DNA from: Phoronis australis | Taxonomy: Eukaryota > Animalia > Phoronida | Length of the DNA: 64,000 bases | Direction of reading: 5' to 3' | Assembly (NCBI GenBank): GCA_002633005.1 | Contig: NMRA01000198.1 | Location: forward strand, 623,459 to 687,458 | Shown: piece after piece, positions 23,120-37,300 of the stretch | Layout of the letters: every line of letters starts with the position of its first letter | Numbering within the stretch: the first letter of the stretch is position 1 | Translations under genes and position numbers: made by a program | The notes under the pieces: generated by a model | Told to the model about the DNA's origin: nothing | Databases searched by the model: none | Seen by the model: the letters and a program-made list of their open reading frames with translations, nothing else

Positions 23120-25740
23120 AACTGAAAAGCACGGGGAAGAACCTATTTGCCAAAGTTTTATGAAATTCTGACAAGGAACTTACAAGACAAAGGGGTAAAC
23201 GAGAAAAAAAAGCACTAAAATTGCCACCAAGGGCCGGGGTACAGCAGTGGTCAGACTGAGATCCGTCCAAAAGTCATTGCCATCCGTTATCACATTTGGA
23301 AGACACTTTCTAAATTTCACTAACATCCTACATGGGGTTAAGGAGATACAGCCGCAGACGCAAAGCCACCAGGGGCACCACAGTAGTTAAGGCTCCAGTG
23401 AAAATCGTCAGGCCTCTCGTCAGGAAGACATCAGTCTGCTAATTTTCTTAATGATCCTTCGATCAGTTTGGCGGAGACGGACGTCAAAAACACTTGAAAA
23501 CAATAAACAAATGTCTACTAGGGTGCGCAAAATACGTCAAAATTGTCCAAAAATGGGAAGGTAAATGCATCAAAGACACAGAAAAGAAAAAATGAAATTG
23601 CCACTAGGGAGACACAAAGATATTCCAAGCAGTTCGAAACTCGTCATCTGTCGTTAGCTGCAAGAAACACAGCTGCAAAATCACTAAGCTCCTGCAATGG
23701 GCTTCGGAGATACAGCAGCGAACGATGGACGGGTATACCCAGAGATGGCGGCAATATGCACCCACATATACATATTCATATGTGGGTGCATGAAAAGCCT
23801 TCAGAAAAGGTAACGGCGCCGAAAAATAGGGGCCTGTTTGATCAAATCTCTAAGTCTTGTCTCAGCTGCCTAAAACAATTGTAATTTCTATTTCAATTTA
23901 TACACAGTTAATTTACAGCTCTTTTACAATGTCCACGTTGTGTCGGAGTTTCAAAACTTATCTGCACTTCAGTACTTTGCAACATGTTTGCATAAGTTTC
24001 ACAAATAACACCGGCAGCGTTGCGGTCGCAATCGAGCTTATGACAGCCTTAGCTACGAGCGGACTCACGACCTGGAAAAGCGATATATTTCCAGTAATGA
24101 CAGTTGTCTATCAGATGCTGGGTGCATTTCTTTGGCATGCAGTTAAGTACTGCTCCTAATATATTATGGTGCTAATATATTGTCGTTCCTCCAAAATTCG
24201 CCTACGACCTGAGTCATCTTTGACTGAACTGGTGCCTTGGAATATCCAATTTCTTTTGTTGTTGCAACGGCAACAAACTGCTCTTTCACAGGAGCATGCT
24301 GGACAATGGGGTGTTTATTAGTGTCAAAATGGACACTAGGTGACGCAGAATATGTCAAATCCAACCCATGGATAGATGCTATCACCATCATAACACAGAA
24401 ATTTGTTTGCCACATTTCAATGTCAAAGGACTCTGAAGACGGATACAGATGCAAAAGTAAAAACTAAACATGCTACTAGGGGGTAGGTACAGAGGTAGTC
24501 CAAAAGTCGTAGGTAACGGTAGTCACATTCATAATATAAAACTAATTCTTGGAAAATTTCACAAAGATCCTTCAAAGGAGTAAGGAGATACAGATGAGGA
24601 AACAAAAAAGACAAAAATTGACACCAGGAGACATCACAGTTGTCACATCCATCCACAAATATTCTTATCAGGAACAAAAAATGGACTCGACAAATAAAAA
24701 TAGCCACTAGGTGATGCAAAAATACATCAAATCCATGCAAAAATGAAAGACTATAGTCATCACCTTACTAGAAACCTATTTGGCAAATTTCACGCAAATC
24801 CATCAACCTACAAAAGGTTAAGGAGACACAGCCGCAGACGGAAAACACTGCCGCTAGGGGTGCCAAAGCAGTGGAACCCATCTAAATATCAACGTTAGCC
24901 GCAGCCTTCTCATCAGAAATAAGCTTGGCGGATAGAGGCGGACACCAAAAATGGACTCGAAACTGTTAAAAATCCCCAATAGGAGGCGCACAATACGTAA
25001 AAATTTTCCCAAAATGGAAACGCATTGTTGTCACCTTCATAGAAAACTATCTGCCAAGTTTCATGAAACGCCATCAACAACTCCTAAGACACACAGGTAA
25101 AAGTAAAAAAATAAAATTGCCACTAGGAGGCACACCAATAGTCAGATTAGGCTGAATCTCGTCATCATCTATTGCCAACTCTATACGAACACATCTGCCA
25201 AAGTTCCTGCAAAAGGTAAAGGAGATGCAGCTGTGGGTGCAAAGTGAAACTAACTCCCCATTAGGAGGTGCCAGTGTAGTCGAACATGCTCGAAAATCAA
25301 CGCCAAGGGCGGTCTCCTAATCAGAAACACACCTGCCAACTTGCATAATGATCTTTCAAACGGTGTGGCAGATAGAACGCAGACGCCAAAAACGAACTCG
25401 AAAATTTAAAAAACAGCCACTATGTGGCGCAGAATCATCAAACATGGCCAAAAATGTAAAGGTGACATCACCTTCATAACAGAAACCTATTTGCCAAATT
25501 TCATGAAAATACATCCAATAATTATGAAGATAAAGAGGCAACCGTAACAAAAACTAAAATTGACACTAGGAGGCACAACAGTAATCGGATCAGTCCGAAA
25601 GTCGTTGTCATCCTTCATAGGAACACATCTACCAAATCTCATTAAGATCCTGCAAGCGATTTAGAAGATACAGCTGCGGACGCCCAGACAGAGATGATGG
25701 AAATTTGCATCCACATATAATTATGTAGGCGCATAAAAAG
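23120..25740 (-). mobile_element. Helentron/HINE-like elements with internal diverged ~125-160 bp tandem arrays (two arrays, interrupted at ~23800-24260)
   Basis: Recurrent units with GCCAAATTTCATG, GGAGATACAGC and GCCACTAGG.GGCRC. Hairpin ends CACCCACATAT..ATATGTGGGTG near 23760-23790 and a similar end near 25710-25739. Confidence 0.65.
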
Positions 25741-27002
25741 CAAGCTTGTGTATAGCCACATTCTGGGGTGAGGGGGGCACGACTCAAAAATTCTAGTACC
25801 AGTGTTAAAAACTGCATTTTGCCCTGAGAACTTGCAAATGAAAATGCCAAATAAAGACTATGGCCTAAATCCTTCAGATGCAGCTAGAAAAAACTGTTTT
25901 CATGTAATGCTCTTTATACCACACTTGTACAAACGCACGTGCAAGACGTGAAATAACTGGTCTACTGACGAATTAAGACGCATGCCATGGACTACTTTCT
26001 CTGCACTGGATCACTGTCTCGAAATTCCCACTTATCTGGGTCAACAGCTGATTAACAATGTTTACCGACAGACTAAAATTAAAAAAGAACAATTGAAAGT
26101 AACCTAACACATATATTGCAATCATACTTCACAGTAATTACCAAAACATTGAGACCAATGCAGTACGAAGCAAGAATGATTCAATAAAAATTTTCGATCG
26201 GTGCAAGTTACAAATGAAATAGTAGGTGACTCGTCCGGCGAACTCAGTCATTGGGAAGGGGACAATACTCGTTTACCAGTTTGGGTACAAACAAAAATAT
26301 GCATTCTAACAAATCAAAATAAAACAGCTAAATAAATTCGCAGGAAAATATAGATGCAAACATCGCTTTTCTGCAATTTCATCAATATCGTCTGCTCACT
26401 CTCCGCTGTCCGACTGAGTCAAGTTGGCTTGTGTTAGCGTTGACCTGTTTACAGCTGAATTCGTTGTAATTCCAGCTCCATAGTTGTCAAAACAGTTTCA
26501 TGAGTATTAAAAGTGTGTTTACCTTGTTCTTATCTTTTCTGCTAATTTGAAACTTGAGAAATTAAAGATTATCCACCGATTCTGCTCTGCTGTTTTCCTT
26601 CGACCTAGATAATTTATGTTAAACGTTTCATGACGGGTATTCCTATGCGAGAAAGAAATCTAGTTCGGGCAAAGAAACACGATGAAAAATGCCAAAATGT
26701 GTGATATAAAAAAGTTATACGACATGTGTTGAAATACAGGTTGTGATTTGGTTGAGGCATGATCATTCATCCCATAACCCTATTTTTATTAAATTAAGCA
26801 AGTGTAAAAACTTGGATCACACTTCCAAGAAAAAAATTGATATGACTAAGTTAAGTGTTTTAAAAACATCCACCCTGCAGAAGATATTTTGTTCTGAAAC
26901 CCAAGGATTGGAATGATATTTAAATTTTTAGTACAAACCCACATGAAGTAGTTATTCCGTGAATCATTGTCCTATACTGAAAAACAATGATAAGTGCCTA
27001 CA

Positions 27003-30000
27003 CTACACAGGAGAGGGCAGCACTTTCAATATCCATTCATTCAACGAGGACAAGCATTCTTTACTGAGTTCATGATCATCTTCACACTCAAGAAAGACAG
27101 TGTCCACTCCCAACTCTTTCATCTTCTTAGCCGTCTGCTCACCCCATTTGAAATCTACTAGAGAGTCAAATGTACCATGCGACATAAAGAGCTGTGGGAG
27201 GTAAGGATGATTTGTGTCTTCAAGAGCCTGTAGGAACAAGAAAAAGGTCATTAGTATGAGTTTATAATAAACCTTTCTGATAATGCAGTATTCCCAGTCT
27301 CAATTCAAGCATTCACTACACACCTGAAAGTGATAAAGTAACAATAAACCCATAACAACTTTCTTTCAATTCTTTGTTCTATAAAAAGATTAAGACATTA
27401 ATAGCATATGGCAGACAAAACTGTGATTGGAAGTTTAAAATGTTGTTTCCTTTGCAATAAACTCAATTTTGTAATTAACAGACTTCTATTGTTCAAGCAG
27501 CTTTACAAGAACAACTTCGACTAATTAACAATTTTGTTAATTGAGCATGGTAAGTAAATAATTGTGTGATTTGCATGGAAAACGAAGTGCATTGTTGGGA
27601 TGTTGGTGACGAGTTTGTGGAGAGAGGACTTGAGCAACAATTGAATGGCCTGATGTTATCTTGATTGACCAAGACGGAATATTTGGTGGCGACCAAAGAG
27701 ATGACATAATGGGAAGACATTCATACAAAGATTAAAAAAGACATAATGTCACACTACCTTGTATACTGCAGAATCTATAGCTAGAAAGCTTGACATTCCA
27801 AAACAGCCTGCTATACCTGGTTGGTAGCGATAAACATAGTGTAAAGCCATTCCTCCACCCATTGAATATCCCCCTGAAAAGGAATACCTGATTTTTGAAG
27901 ACAAAGATGAACGGACATCAGCTGCTGACTTCGTTGTCAGGGTTTATGGTTTTTTAAACAGCATCTGATCGGGGAGATCGCGAAAATTTATATCTCATGT
28001 GTGGAAAATATGTATGAAAAGTGCTATTCCACAACTATCTTGGTCAATATTGCGATACATCGGAAATTATTGTATCACCTTTCAGCCAATCAGAGGATAA
28101 AAGTATCAATGGCCACATAATAAAACATATTTATGCTACTGTGGGTTGAGGAAACAACACGATATTAATAAATACCCCTAAAAATAGAATGAATTGAATT
28201 GTGTCAGTTCAGTTCACTACACAGCGAATGATGCTAGTACTAAATAGGACAGGTCCCATAACCGGTTCATTGATATATGAGAAACTAACCAAGAAAAAAG
28301 TATCACAGACACACGGACGCTTTAACTAAAATCTGTGATGAAAGTTTGCAAAACTTAAAAACCTTAATTATTCCATTGAAGCTCCGTAGAGAATAAATCA
28401 CGCCATCTTCAGACACTGACCAACAATGATGTTCCTTTTGGGAATCCCCAGCAGTACTTCACTATTGACGATGTCATTGAGTACTTCCGCCACGGAAGCT
28501 ATGTCATCCAGACTTTCAGGAGCAGTGGGATCTAACCGGAGACGGTCAAACCAAACAGTATTCAGCTCACCATTGCTCATGGTATGGGGTCTGAAATACA
28601 GAGGTAACACATTTCAAGTGTGTTGACATGAACTGGTGAAACAGAGAACGGTATGTACTTGTCTAACCTTAAATTGCAATAAGAGCGAATACCTATGTTA
28701 TGAATGTAATATTCAACTCGCTACAATTTTCAAGACATTTTACAATTTGTTTAACATTGAGATCAATGATGCAGACAGTTATCACACGTGAAGAATATTG
28801 GAATTTGAGTTGAAGTGACTACCTTTGTTACCGACGGTCACATACATTTTTTCTAATCCATGAAACCATCAATTTGTAATACCTTGATCAAAGAAACATT
28901 TCATGCATGAATATTGTGCCTAATAGTAACACGAGGATGTTTTTATATCATATGTTTATGGTCACTGTTACTTCCACATTTACCGAGATCACACTCAGCC
29001 ATAGACTCATTTTGAGCTACAACAAATGAATTCATTTTTTAAAGGAGCTCATTTTTCCAGAGTTTCCAGATCTACACCCTGACCTTGTTTAGGCCGTTCT
29101 GAAGACAAAGTGGCAGGTAGGGCAACAATACAGGTTTGTTTGATATTTTGCGGTCATGTGTTTCCCTACGGCAACAACATTTATACAGTGTTGATAATAA
29201 AGGAGCAAATCTTGACACCCCCGACAATGGAAATGACCACTAAGTCGAAGTAATTACAAGATCTAAGACGGTTTTTACAAACAGAAAAATAACGTAAGCC
29301 ACATGAGTTTTCATGTGAAATTTGTAATGAGTTAATCCTGCGCCACAATTCGACACTTGGCCGTGGGCAGATGCAGCTCACAAAAGACTTTCAATAGGAT
29401 GTTTTTCAAGAGGTTGAGCTACAAAATTTAAAACAAATTACCAGTGAACTGAGAAAAGAGGAAGTTTCTGGTTAAAATACATATAGTTTCACACCTTCTT
29501 GATGACATCTCTATGGCAGGTTAGTCCCAGAATGTAGAGAGTACTTTTCCAATGTGAATTTTCTCCCTTCTCAATTTACCAACATAAGCATGAGCAACCA
29601 GGATGGAGCTAATCATTTGAAATTAGGATTCGTGGAATCCAATTTCAGAGGTCATGTGCCTGGTTCAACTTAAGGATTCCCCTTTTAAATTTCTGGTTTA
29701 AATTCTCATGTCTGTATGTGCACCCAACACCACTTTCAGACAATTAAGCCAGTTAAGGGTACAAGTAATTAACTAGAATGTTCACGATAGCATAACAAGA
29801 TTTATTTCACTCACTATTTGTATTTTAACACCTGAAATATACCTCTCTGGTGCTGTTGGATAAATTATCTTGATATGCTTGAACACAAGATTATGGCCAA
29901 GTGTACTTTTGATGTCTGAAATAAACTGCGGGCCAGTATTACCTAAAAGAAAGCAAGAAAATACAGACCTGACTCACTGAGACCATAATGGTTTAAAGGC

Positions 30001-33000
30001 ATTGATGTCCGATTTTGTAAGAAGACTGTGAATAACTCGCCATAACTTTGAGATGACTTGATGCAAAAATAATTATAATTATTTCATTTTCAAATGTAAG
30101 AAGAGATACAAAACTGAATAAGGCCAAAAACGCACAGTTGGTTGTTTTTTGAAAATCGAATCGGTAGCACAGTATTGTTTTATTTGCTCCATTTTCAAAA
30201 AAATCTACCCAAGGCTAGAAAAAAATGATGCAGGATTCATTTTTTCATTTTTTACAAAGTACTAGACAAATCTCAGTGTTTCAAACCATGCTTCTGTGAC
30301 TTTGTGCAGCTTTTCAGAAAAAAAACCTCAGAATGTTGACCAAAATTGATGGGGTTGCTTTTTCAGTCTGTAAGCATGTGTCAAAAATAGACAGGTACAG
30401 AACACGACCATCTATACTTTCTTGACGCAACTCATTTTTCTACATCGCACAAACCTGGTTTATACCACCCAACTTAACAGTTCAACAGCAATGCACATGA
30501 TTTTAAAAACACAGACGAGACCAAAACTCTTCAGTTGACCTACAGGTAGTGTCAAAATTGAAACTATTTTTACTTTCTAGAACTTTTAGGTATACTATCT
30601 AGATGCTATACATGGCATATAATAATGAAAATATTCAAGTTAGGGTCTAAGAAAATAACACTGGTTATTATAATTAAGTCATATTTTATTCGAAAATACT
30701 AATCCACACTTCCCCAGGTAGTTTCGGCGCCAAGACCACTTTCAAATTAGACCACTGACCATGTTATATTAGGCTTAAAAAGTTAGAATTGGTTTGTTGC
30801 AATGAAACAACTGGCAAGTCAAGGTTGCTGAAACCTCAGCTTCTTACGACGGAACTTGCAGGTTTCCATTTTACACAAAAACAATATGGTTGTCAGCCGA
30901 ACTAAGAATAGAATAGTTCCATGCATGAACACCAGATGAAGTTACTAGCAGAAGCATAGTAGTTTCAAAGAAAATGCAGCATGCAGCAACGCCAATAGAA
31001 AAACCAGGGAAGTAAAGCATTATGCATATGCCTACCTGCATTACTATAGGAGTTTCAATGTAGGCCATCATAAGACTGCAAGCCACTCATACTAGACTCT
31101 CAAATTTCTCACTCAGCAAGCCGGGAACAAGCTTAAAGCACAGGAGAAAGAGTGTTAAATGCCAAGTGTTTTAAGCAATCTTCCTAAGAATTCAGAAAGA
31201 GACTGAGATTCTAACTCTGAAAAAATGTTGATAAATGCCAAGGTACCTAAACTACACGGTCAACAGACTCATAAACACGAGGCACGGACACATGAACATG
31301 ACTAACGGACCTGTAAACACCATCCACTGACTCACAAACACGGGAACGGACTCACAAAACACGATCCACGCACCCAAATACACGGACTCATATTCACGAG
31401 GAAACATAGTTAATGGACCGTCAAACACGGGTCATGGACTCATCCGCTTCCTGGGTCAGCTGACATCTTCATTTTGTCCGTGACCCGTGTTTGATGGTCC
31501 GTTAACTGTGTTTCCTCGTGAATATGAGTCCGTGTCCCGTGTATTTGGGTTCGTGGATTGTGTTTTGCGAGTCCATTCCCGTGTTTGTGAGTCAGTGGAT
31601 GGTGTTTGCAGGTCCGTGAGTCGTGCTCATGCATCCGTGCCCTGTGTTTATGAGTCCGTAGACCGTGTAGTTTAGGTACCTTGAATGCTAGACAAAGTGA
31701 AAGAATAATTCTGTCTCAAATAATGCATACACCAATTGGGTGTCAGTGACAGCACAGCCATGTTGTAATGTCATATCTTTGCTAAGTATGTGCAAGCTTA
31801 GATTATAAGTACAGTAATTCTTTACCTATTTAGCACAGTGTGGCATGCAAATGAAATCTTATTGTGGTGAACGTTATCAACAACAAATACAAGAGCAATG
31901 CGAAGTGTTATATGTGCCCACTGTGTGCATTGCATAGAGCACAGATACAAGAGATGATCATTATTTTAAACACTTCCACAAAGGGGAGCAATGCTAGAAA
32001 ACGTAACATAGCCTCTAAGACTGAAAAGCAAGTCAACAATGCTCTCCTCAATAGGAACACACTTACTACCTTTCATCACGATTCTACAAGCAGTTTGGAT
32101 AGGGATGTGGGCACTTTATGAGATATTGTGTTAGTCCCAGCAAAGCACAGACACTTCAAACACTGATGCATGCAGTAGAAGATTTGAACGAGTGTACCAC
32201 TTTCTAAAGCAGAAGTGTTTTGATTTCAAAATATGATACAAAAATTGACTTATTATTTTAAGAAAAACATCTATATGAACATCAAAACCATCCCAAAATG
32301 GGAAGGTGCCATGGTCTCTTAAATAGAAACTTGTATGCTAAATCTCATGAAAATTCATCAAGGAACTCGTAAAAAAAACCTGCAGCTAAGGGGCACACCT
32401 GCAGTCGGGTTGGTCTGAAACTCGTCAGGAACATATCTGCCAAATTTCACAAAGCTCCTTCAAAGAGTTAAGGAGATATAACTGTAGACGCAAAAAAATG
32501 CCACAAAGGGTAGCCAAAGCAGTCAAATATGTCCAAAAACCAGTTGTGGTAAATTCAAATCATTCATCCGTGAAATACAGATGGGGGGACATAGCTGTGT
32601 GTTGTACTTTTAGACTTGCGATTTTTTCAGTTCTAAACACACAAAATGCTTGTTACTCCTCGCCAGTGGCTCGGAACCCAATCAGGCAAACAAAAATCGC
32701 CTCTAGAGTCAAACCCGTTTGAAAGGCAATGTCAGTCGTGGCCTTCTCATCAGCAACACATCTTTTAAATTTTCATAACGAACCTTTGAGCGCTATGGCA
32801 GATAGAGAAGTGGATGCCATCCGTATTAAAAACCTATTTGCTGAATTTCATGAAAATCAATCAAGGAACTCCGAAGATACAGAGACAAACGTTAAAAGCA
32901 CACACATAAATATGTGGGCGTATAAAAATTGAATAGAACTTTAATATGACTTTGCTGGAAATGCATACATGGCATAAATATGATAAAACCACATTTGTCA

Positions 33001-34390
33001 ATATTTCCAATATTTGTAGTAAGGTATAGTAAGCCTGGCAAGCTATTCCAGCCCACGACCATTCTAGGAAAGAATGTCTTTTGCCTGGAATGTGTCCTGT
33101 TTATTAGAATGTTACAATTGGATGAACTTCTGGTAGGGATGCCAGAGAGTGCAAAAACTGCAACAGGGACAATATCAGTGTTGATGATCACAGACTTTTT
33201 ATCGTACTTTTAAAACATTTTGAGCCTACAGATTTTGCCTCTGTGGCTGAGGGTGGGCCAGTTTAAGGTTTCTAACATTGACTCCACAGAGGATAGAGGT
33301 CCTCTTCCGGCTTCAACAGACGATCGAAATACCAATACTTATATGTTGGCGCATGTTAATGATAAATTTGAACTGTGCATAACTGAAAATAACAAACAAA
33401 GTGCGGGTTAATGCCAGGACAAAAACAAGTTTTATTATTTACCAAGTAAGGTTGATGTTTGAGATATGACTCGTGAACATCTCGATTGTTTCTGACCATG
33501 TTGTGGGAATCTATTCCAAAGTACAATACTGGATGGGAAGAAAGAGTTTGAGTAGTATGCAGTGCGAATGTATGTTCTCTCAAAGGTCATTTAGAACGCA
33601 CCTGTCTTGGCAATTACATTGCCCTGAATGCAGCTGGCATAGGAGCGATAGTAACTCTCCATAAAAAGTTTCTCATTTCAAAATACAGCAAATAAAATCC
33701 AATGAAACATGCGTATAGGCTCATGGAGTTATAATTAACACATACCATGACTCTGGATACAATTTAGGCAGCATAACTTGAACATATCCATGAAAATGTG
33801 TGGCGGTTTGCTCGAGTTTCTCTTACCAGGTGTCACTTTGTTGAGGAAGTTATGTGAAATCATGCATACAGTTGACGAATAAAAAGTCCAAAGGACACAA
33901 ATTTCACCTATCTTCCCATGCTATTTTGCAAGTGTCATGCACCAGCGTCGTGTGCTTCGCTCAGTCTATAGAAAGGACCACTGAAGAAATTATAAAGCGC
34001 TTTTTTTAAGTGATAGTTTAAAGTGTAGACTGTATTTTTGACAAGGTGAAAACTCTTAATCGGTGAGCAGATTTCGTGGGACGAAATTAGTACAGAAAGA
34101 GTTGGGAAGTGTTGTAGCCCATAACCGACCAACCGAGAGGCTACTGCACTGTGACACTGTTACTGTGTTGCACCTAGCACCTGTTCTGGCCTGGCTGCTC
34201 TGCGCTCTATTCTTTATATATTGTCAACATTGGTGGGATCCCAAGCAGAGGAAGAATATTAAAGTTTGGGCAGGTACACCGACTTAACGCACAACTTACA
34301 AGATCCGTGTAAAAAGATCAACGTTGCAGTGTGTTTCGGATTTGTTTGGGACATAACAAGTGGTTGCGAACCTTCAGTAGAGGCCGCCAT
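27003..34390 (-). CDS. LYPLAL1: Lysophospholipase-like protein 1, copy B; 5 exons, 233 aa
   Basis: Exons 34390-34300 (91), 29942-29843 (100), 28590-28421 (170), 27873-27758 (116), 27227-27003 (225). Exon sizes identical to copy A. Motifs IFLHGS, VWFDR, GGYSMGG, SHGTFDSLV, DDHEL. Confidence 0.92.
31239..31683. mobile_element. Foldback MITE with ~200-bp inverted arms and 5-bp TSD
   Basis: CAAGGTACCTAAACTACACGGTC...GACCGTGTAGTTTAGGTACCTTG, near-perfect arms with a short spacer, flanked by AATGC on both sides. Confidence 0.85.
32330..32930 (-). mobile_element. HINE-like element copy (same family as 23120-25740)
   Basis: GCCAAATTTCAC..AAGGAGATATAACTG units and terminal CACATAAATATGTGGGCGTATAAAAA. 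Confidence 0.55.
33030..33150 (-). mobile_element. LINE (CR1/L2-clade) ORF2 3'-end remnant
   Basis: Minus-strand RQKTFFPRMVVGWNSLP matches the conserved FFPR....WN.LP end of CR1/L2-group ORF2. Confidence 0.55.
33607..34176. mobile_element. Non-autonomous AcademH-like family 2, copy 1
   Basis: Homologous to both ends of 42640-44097 (GGCAATTACAT... and ...GTAGCCC..GGCTAC). 9-bp flanks GCACCTGTC/GCACCTGTT. Confidence 0.65.
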
Positions 34391-37300
34391 ATTCCCACAA
34401 TGCATTTGATTTCTTTGGATGCGCAAGTGCAGTAGTAGGAATATCCGGTTTAGTTTCAAGCGGACTCGAAAGGTAGGCCGGTTTGAATTTTGACAAGTTT
34501 TATGACTGTTTACTGATTTTACAGAAATTCAGTGCTGCATCACAATTTTCGAAATAGGTAATATAAAACTCTGAAATTATTTTAGGATGCTCAATGCGAA
34601 ATTATTGCTCCGAATTTCATTCATTGGCAGACTCCTCTTTCGACTTGTTTTTCCGGATGTGCTGGTAGTTGACAGGTTGTCAAGTGATCAGTTATCATTT
34701 CCTTGATAACACGACACGGCTAACACTAAATCTCTTGATGCATGAACATCATGTTTTCAAAACAGTTCTAGTAGAAACATGATGAGCAAGAATTTTTTGA
34801 AAAATCAATCAGCCATCTAAGTTAATTACAATTTTACCTGGCCTGTGATTTAATGAGCCAGTAACTATTAACTTAGTTATGGCATAAGTTATGCCATGGA
34901 AGTTGGCAATCATTCTCAATTGTCAATTATTATTTTCGCGGGTGTACAAAACATTCATAAGCTTTTGCCGACTGTCCTCCCTTAGGAAGTGTACAAAAAT
35001 GTTGAATTGTTATAGGTTTGTATTCGTTTGTATTTATGTTTGAAAACTTGTACAAGTTATATGCTTAATTTGATCAAATGTAAATTATGTTAGTGACAAT
35101 GTTAGTCTTTACATTGGTTGCGTGTGAATGTGGGACGTGAACTTGAAATTGCAATGTAATACCAATGATTTTCAGTTAAAGCACGTTTTCACGACATCTA
35201 GCGTGTAAATTAAGAATATGGTTGCCAAGCTGAATGCCCCACACATAACATGAACAAATTTCTCGTAGTACGGTAGTGCAAAGAACTGACATTTTGATAT
35301 TAGTTGAGACCATGCTAGGCTTATAAAATGACTCTCTGTGAAGGATCAACTTGTGGTGCCCGATCTCAAGCAACTACAAATTGTCAGTTCTTTCACATCT
35401 TGGACATGTTAAGTTGTTACTTGTGATGGAAGATGGGTTTATTGCAACTTTAACCTCTAGCTGAAATCAGGCTCTCAACCAGAGCTGAAGGTCCACCAGA
35501 GGGCATTTCTCCACTTGGTGAAATGGATAGAAACCAAAATTCCTGTCCAGTGTGTTAGTACTAACCATATCAAATTACCTTGTCATGTTTAGAAAACCAC
35601 AAACGATTTTATGTGTTATACTTTGCCTCTTTTTACCTTTCTCTAACAACAATGAACGAAATTGCCTGCCATCTTTTACTCTTAGTTTTTAACCTTATGA
35701 TGTCATTGACCCGAATGCCAGCCAATGAGCTCAGTAAATCCCAATGAAGTCCATAAGTTGTGACCGGTTGTTAAAATATGCAAATGGAGGAGTGACAAGC
35801 GAAACCTTAGAGTGAATAAATTCTGTTGAAGGGCTTGATTTCTGTGCAGTTATATTGCCTGCATTATTACTTGAGATAAATGTGTTCACGCGATCACAAT
35901 TTTGGATGCGTACGGTGACATGTAATTCAAGTGATGATGTGTATGGCACTTGATTCTACATTTTCACTGTGTGCAGTCTTCCAACCCTGGTTACTGACTA
36001 CTTCTTAAAAATCACACCATTGTTTTGTATCTTGAAAAGAGAAATTCCTAGTCTAAGAAGACAGCTTCCTGTTTACACTTGGAATTGTTGAAAATGGTTG
36101 CTACCAGTAACATGCTGGTAGGAGAGTTAACAAGAGAAACATTGTGTTTAATTGCTAATTTGAAATTTATTGGAGTATAAACATATGGGCATTGGCCTTA
36201 AGTATAACAAGTAAAAGATATAGTTAGCCTAATCATAAGATGTGCTACAAACTGGACTGTAAATTGTTAGTTTTGAGAGCACATTGGACCAGAAGTGTTT
36301 GTGTACAATTCTTTAGTGGTTGCTTTTGTCATTCTCCCACATTGTTTGAATTTGGATTCTCGTGAGAAGGTCTGATGTCTCTCTTGGAAAATTCTCTCAC
36401 GTAGTTTTGCAAAAGTAACCCTTGCAGTGTTTATTATTTAATTCCATAACGTTATGTGAATTGAAAAGACAATTCCAGGTTTAAGTATACCATGTCCTGC
36501 TTAAACGTGAAATTTGGAAGAAAACAATTGCCAATGTGCTCACATACCAGTCTCAACAACAGAAACCAGCTTTGAGGCTTCTGGAATTCTGGGTCATTCA
36601 GTTTGGTCTACCTGAGGACAAGAGGGTGCGATATTGTTGGACCCCGGCGCTAGTTTGATGAGTGATATCTTGGCATAACCCCCCCACCCCACNCCCCCTG
36701 CAATCCCCCCAAACACACAGATTTTTTACAAAAATGCATAGACCAAGGTTTTTACATCTAAGTTTACAAAACAGCCTTCTGTAGTGAGCATTTTTACTAA
36801 AAAAACCCTGTAGACCAAGACTTTCCAATGCTATCAACCAAGTGTGAGCATAGCGACATTGTATATACTTTTTATATACATTGTATATGTCTTTCTGCTT
36901 TGAAAAAATAGCCCCCACTGTGAGTCTTCATATGCTTCCTAGTAATCATTACAATGTGTGAGTCCAAACTTGAAAGGCTCCTATTGATAGTGGGCTTCCA
37001 AATGATGCATTGGGTGTCCTTGCCAGGGCCTCCATATTAGTGCTAGGGTGTCCATTTGGACGTCCAGGATGTGCGCTGCATAAAGGCCTGGCTATGATGC
37101 CCATCTGACCATTAACGTTTTTGCAAAATTGTTTTCATGTAACCATGACCAGGCAACAGGAATTTATCTATATCTGTTCAGAATATTCCTCTCCTATATT
37201 ATATGCTTTAAAAAGATCAAGCTGTAATGACTTCTTGTGGTTCAAGCAAATGGGCCATAACTAAGTTGTGAACCTTAAAATGTAAAAGCCCACTACTGCA

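Noticed and set aside
15328-34390. Two LYPLAL1 copies as uncollapsed alleles
   Set aside because: The proteins differ at many positions, and the introns differ in size, sequence and TE content.
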